From Hyphomicrobiales bacterium (GTDB taxonomy: Bacteria > Pseudomonadota > Alphaproteobacteria > Rhizobiales > Aestuariivirgaceae), in assembly GCA_031416755.1 (NCBI GenBank), contig JANOUE010000023.1:34972-98971 (forward strand): a DNA stretch of 64,000 nt, given 5' to 3'. Shown here in pieces: positions 61,664-64,000 of the stretch; the stretch's first letter is position 1, and each line of letters starts with the position of its first letter. Under the pieces are notes generated by a model that was not told the DNA's origin, did not search any database, and saw only the letters and a program-made list of their open reading frames with translations. Made by a program: the position numbers and the translations under genes.

Positions 61664-62626
61664 ATGAAAATCGGAATGGTCACGGACTCACTTGGGCATT
61701 TGTCGTTCGATCAGATGCTCGACACGGCGGCCCAACTGGGAATTGAAGGCGTTGAGTTCAACGCCGCCAACTGGACATCAGCCCCGCATTTGCATCTGAA
61801 ATCTCTGCTCAGCGACACTGCCGCGCGGAAAACATTTGTTGCTGCGGTAAAGCAGCGCAACCTCGAGATCATCGCACTCAATGCCAATGGCAACCAACTC
61901 CACCCCACAGAAGGCGATACGCAATCAGAAGCCTTGCATGACACGATCCGTCTGGCCGGAGAACTCGGCCTCGAAACCATCGTGCTAATGTCCGGCCTGC
62001 CTGAAGGTGCTGCTGGGGATAAAATGCCAAACTGGGTTGTGTCATCATGGCCGCCAGAAACCCAGACCATGTTGAAATATCAATGGGAAGAACGCGCACT
62101 TCCCTATTGGGCCAAGCTTGCAACCTTTGCTCAGGAGCATGGCGTCAAAAAATTAGCCGTTGAACTGCATGGCAATCAACTGGTTTACAATGTGCCCAGC
62201 TTGTTGCGCTTGCGTAAAGAAATTGGCCCCATCGTGGGTGCCAATCTCGATCCGTCTCATTTGATGTGGATGGGCGCTGATCCGCTGGCGGCAATCGATG
62301 CATTGGGTTCGGCCATCCTGCACATCCACGCCAAAGACACCTTCATCAATAAGCCAGTTGCAGCACTGACCAGCCGACTTGAGAATGGCTCACTGATGGA
62401 TATTCCGGGTCGTGCCTGGAGCTATATCACTCTGGGCTATGGCAACGGCCAGCAATTCTGGAAAGACTTCTGCTACCGCTTGCGCATGGTGGGGTATGAC
62501 GGCTGGCTCTCCATCGAACATGAAGACGTGATGCTGTCGCGTGTTGAGGGTGTGCGAAAATCAGTTGAACTCCTGCAAGCCGTCGCCCCGTCTGAAACCA
62601 GCGACTACAAACCACAGGAATTCTGA
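61664..62626 (+). CDS. Sugar-phosphate isomerase/epimerase TIM barrel (IolE/IolH/MocC-like)
   Basis: GN.LHP, AVELHG, GANLDPSHL.W, HIHAKD and YDG.LSIEHED metal-binding motifs. Confidence 0.88.
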   Translation: MKIGMVTDSLGHLSFDQMLDTAAQLGIEGVEFNAANWTSAPHLHLKSLLSDTAARKTFVAAVKQRNLEIIALNANGNQLHPTEGDTQSEALHDTIRLAGELGLETIVLMSGLPEGAAGDKMPNWVVSSWPPETQTMLKYQWEERALPYWAKLATFAQEHGVKKLAVELHGNQLVYNVPSLLRLRKEIGPIVGANLDPSHLMWMGADPLAAIDALGSAILHIHAKDTFINKPVAALTSRLENGSLMDIPGRAWSYITLGYGNGQQFWKDFCYRLRMVGYDGWLSIEHEDVMLSRVEGVRKSVELLQAVAPSETSDYKPQEF

Positions 62627-62630
62627 CGCA

Positions 62631-62838
62631 ATATTGCAGATAGGCCTAGGAGGTTATGGAACGGGCGGGCGGCATTTCCACACGCCTTTCATCGCCGCCG
62701 CAAGCAATTGCATCCTCGCTGGTATCGTCGCCAATGCCCCCAAAACCATCGCAGCGGCAATGGTCCGCTTGGCTCAAGACACTGATCTACGCCAGTTTAA
62801 GCCAGAAGAGTGCAGTGCGAACCTGTGATGCCGTCACC
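62631..62838 (+). pseudogene. Second Gfo/Idh/MocA oxidoreductase, decayed 5' fragment
   Basis: ATA at the expected start position, then LQIGLGGYGTGGRHFHTPFI...LAGIVA; after a frameshift, IYASL...DAVT (62785-62838); similarity then ends near the IS. Confidence 0.75.
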
Positions 62839-62858
62839 GATGTCTTAGGTACAAAATG

Positions 62859-63257
62859 TTACCTATGCCTCAGGACTATACCCGCAGAGGTTCATCACAA
62901 TGCCTTTACGCTTCAACATCTGATGCAATCTGCGATAGCCAAATCTCTTTTTTGAGTTGATATCTTTCAACATCAAATTGTCGAGCAGGCTATCGGCCAG
63001 CAGCTTCTTCAGCTTGGCGTTCTCATCTTCAAGCTGCGTCAACTTACGGGCATCGCTCACATCCATGCCGCCAAGCCGTGCTTTCCACTTAAAAAACGTC
63101 GCCTTGCCAATCGCATGCTTGCGGCACCGGTCAGCAACTGTCATGCCGCCCTCTTGCTCACGCAATATCCCGATAATCTGCTCTGCTTCATCGTCTTCTC
63201 CTTAAAAACGGGATCAGACTCTACTCACTTTTGGATCAATTTGCAGGGCTCAGGTCA
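62859..63257 (-). mobile_element. Internally deleted IS3-family (IS407-group-like) remnant
   Basis: Left end TGACCTGAGCCC... at 63257; RBS GGAG; ATG 63191; OrfA (REQEGG..V...CRKH.I...TF.KWK...GGM.VSDA.KL..LEDENAKLKKLLA); A6G slippery site joined to the OrfB fragment RFGYRRLH; possible degenerate right end at 62859-62871. Confidence 0.85.
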
Positions 63258-63814
63258 GTGCGATTGCCCTTGCGGTCATCAGCGGTGTGGGCTTGAGCGC
63301 CTCCGATCTGTTGCACATTGCCAGGGTGTTTGGCATGGCGACGATCCACGTGATGTACTGCTTTTTACTCGGCTTCATGTTCACACTGAGCTTCAAAAGA
63401 ATGCCATCGGCTTTGCTGGTTGCCGTCGCGGTCTGGCTCGCTCTCGTGCTCATAAAGCCGCTGATTGGCGACACGCTTGATCCCGACAATCAAGTGGCGG
63501 GCGGCGTCTTCCGCACGCTGGGCGTTGCAAAGCCTTTGGAAAAAGAAATCATCAAATCATTCGCGACCTATGAAACCATCCGCAATGGCATCGAAGAAGC
63601 TTTCCCTGCCAAGCATCTGGAGCGGTTCAGTTTCGCTGTACTCGGCATCAAGGACATCTACAACGGTCAACTCCTGGCCGACGTAATTCGTGATCGCGCG
63701 CGAGACGCCTGGTGGCTGATTGCCACATTCGCAGCCCTCGTCTTGGCGCTGTTTTTGCGTCCCCTCAACATAACCCGACTCACAAAGGAAGAGACCCATG
63801 ACAAAAACTTTTAG
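63258..63814 (+). pseudogene. 3' part of a membrane protein (ABC-2-type permease-like), 5' end lost at the IS boundary
   Basis: An open frame begins right at the IS left end (AIALAVISGVGL...Y.F.LG..F.L.FKR...ALLVAVAVWL) with no convincing RBS/ATG; ends with a TM helix. The family call is by eye only. Confidence 0.5.
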
Positions 63815-63914
63815 TTCTAGATATCTCGCATTTGGCGCATTGTTGCTACCGTCCACCAGCACATTGTGTGAAATTGCGCCAAAAAATGACCCCTCTGGAA
63901 AATGCTCTAATTGA
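63798..63914 (+). other. Short 38-codon ORF with a signal-peptide-like start (possible truncated exported-protein gene)
   Basis: RBS AAGGAAGAG; ATG overlaps the upstream stop region; MTKTFSSRYLAFGALLLP...*. Confidence 0.3.
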
Positions 63915-64000
63915 TTGTTTTTGATTGACTATCGGCCTTTTGCAAGGGGTCATCATTGGACGCGATGCTTGACCCCACATCAATCAACTATTGTCAAATA

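Noticed and set aside
1-64000. tRNA, rRNA, CRISPR arrays, prophage or defence genes
   Set aside because: I saw no cloverleaf or T-loop signature in intergenic space, no regularly spaced repeats and no phage or defence motifs. A tRNAscan, Infernal or CRISPR scan would be needed to exclude small ncRNAs formally.

Overview
Bacterial chromosome segment with the gene content and order typical of Alphaproteobacteria (Hyphomicrobiales/Rhizobiales-like; inferred from synteny, not a database match). About 1-54.3 kb is densely packed core genome: gshB-yraN-rsmI-hemW-rdgB-rph, hrcA/grpE, lepA, a shortened TsaB fused to RimI, olsA-like-miaB-phoH-ybeY-corC, nth/ada, dapB-gpmA, PBP1A, pckA, eryH-eryI, comM, olsB, maeB, mutS-glnD-murJ-trpS-nfuA and mutM/ubiE-ubiB-coaBC-dut-moeB. 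From about 54.3 kb the window is accessory. A decayed coxF/xdhC remnant upstream of an orphan coxG marks the junction. It is followed by a LacI regulator and a tightly coupled operon (sugar ABC transporter, membrane His-box di-iron 'sterol desaturase' enzyme, Gfo/Idh/MocA dehydrogenase, IolE/MocC-type TIM barrel, pseudogenised second dehydrogenase) cut off by an internally deleted IS3-family element. This operon is the best candidate for an undescribed system: its architecture parallels rhizopine (moc) catabolism but uses a different di-iron enzyme family, suggesting oxidative O-demethylation or hydroxylation of an imported cyclitol or sugar. I found no rRNA, tRNA or CRISPR array. Hand reading added three genes or remnants missing from the ORF track (HAD hydrolase, YegP-like remnant, coxF remnant) and several clean operator or promoter motifs (LexA box, RpoH promoters, a TyrR-type box, a perfect 24-bp palindrome). 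All family assignments are from motif recognition by eye.
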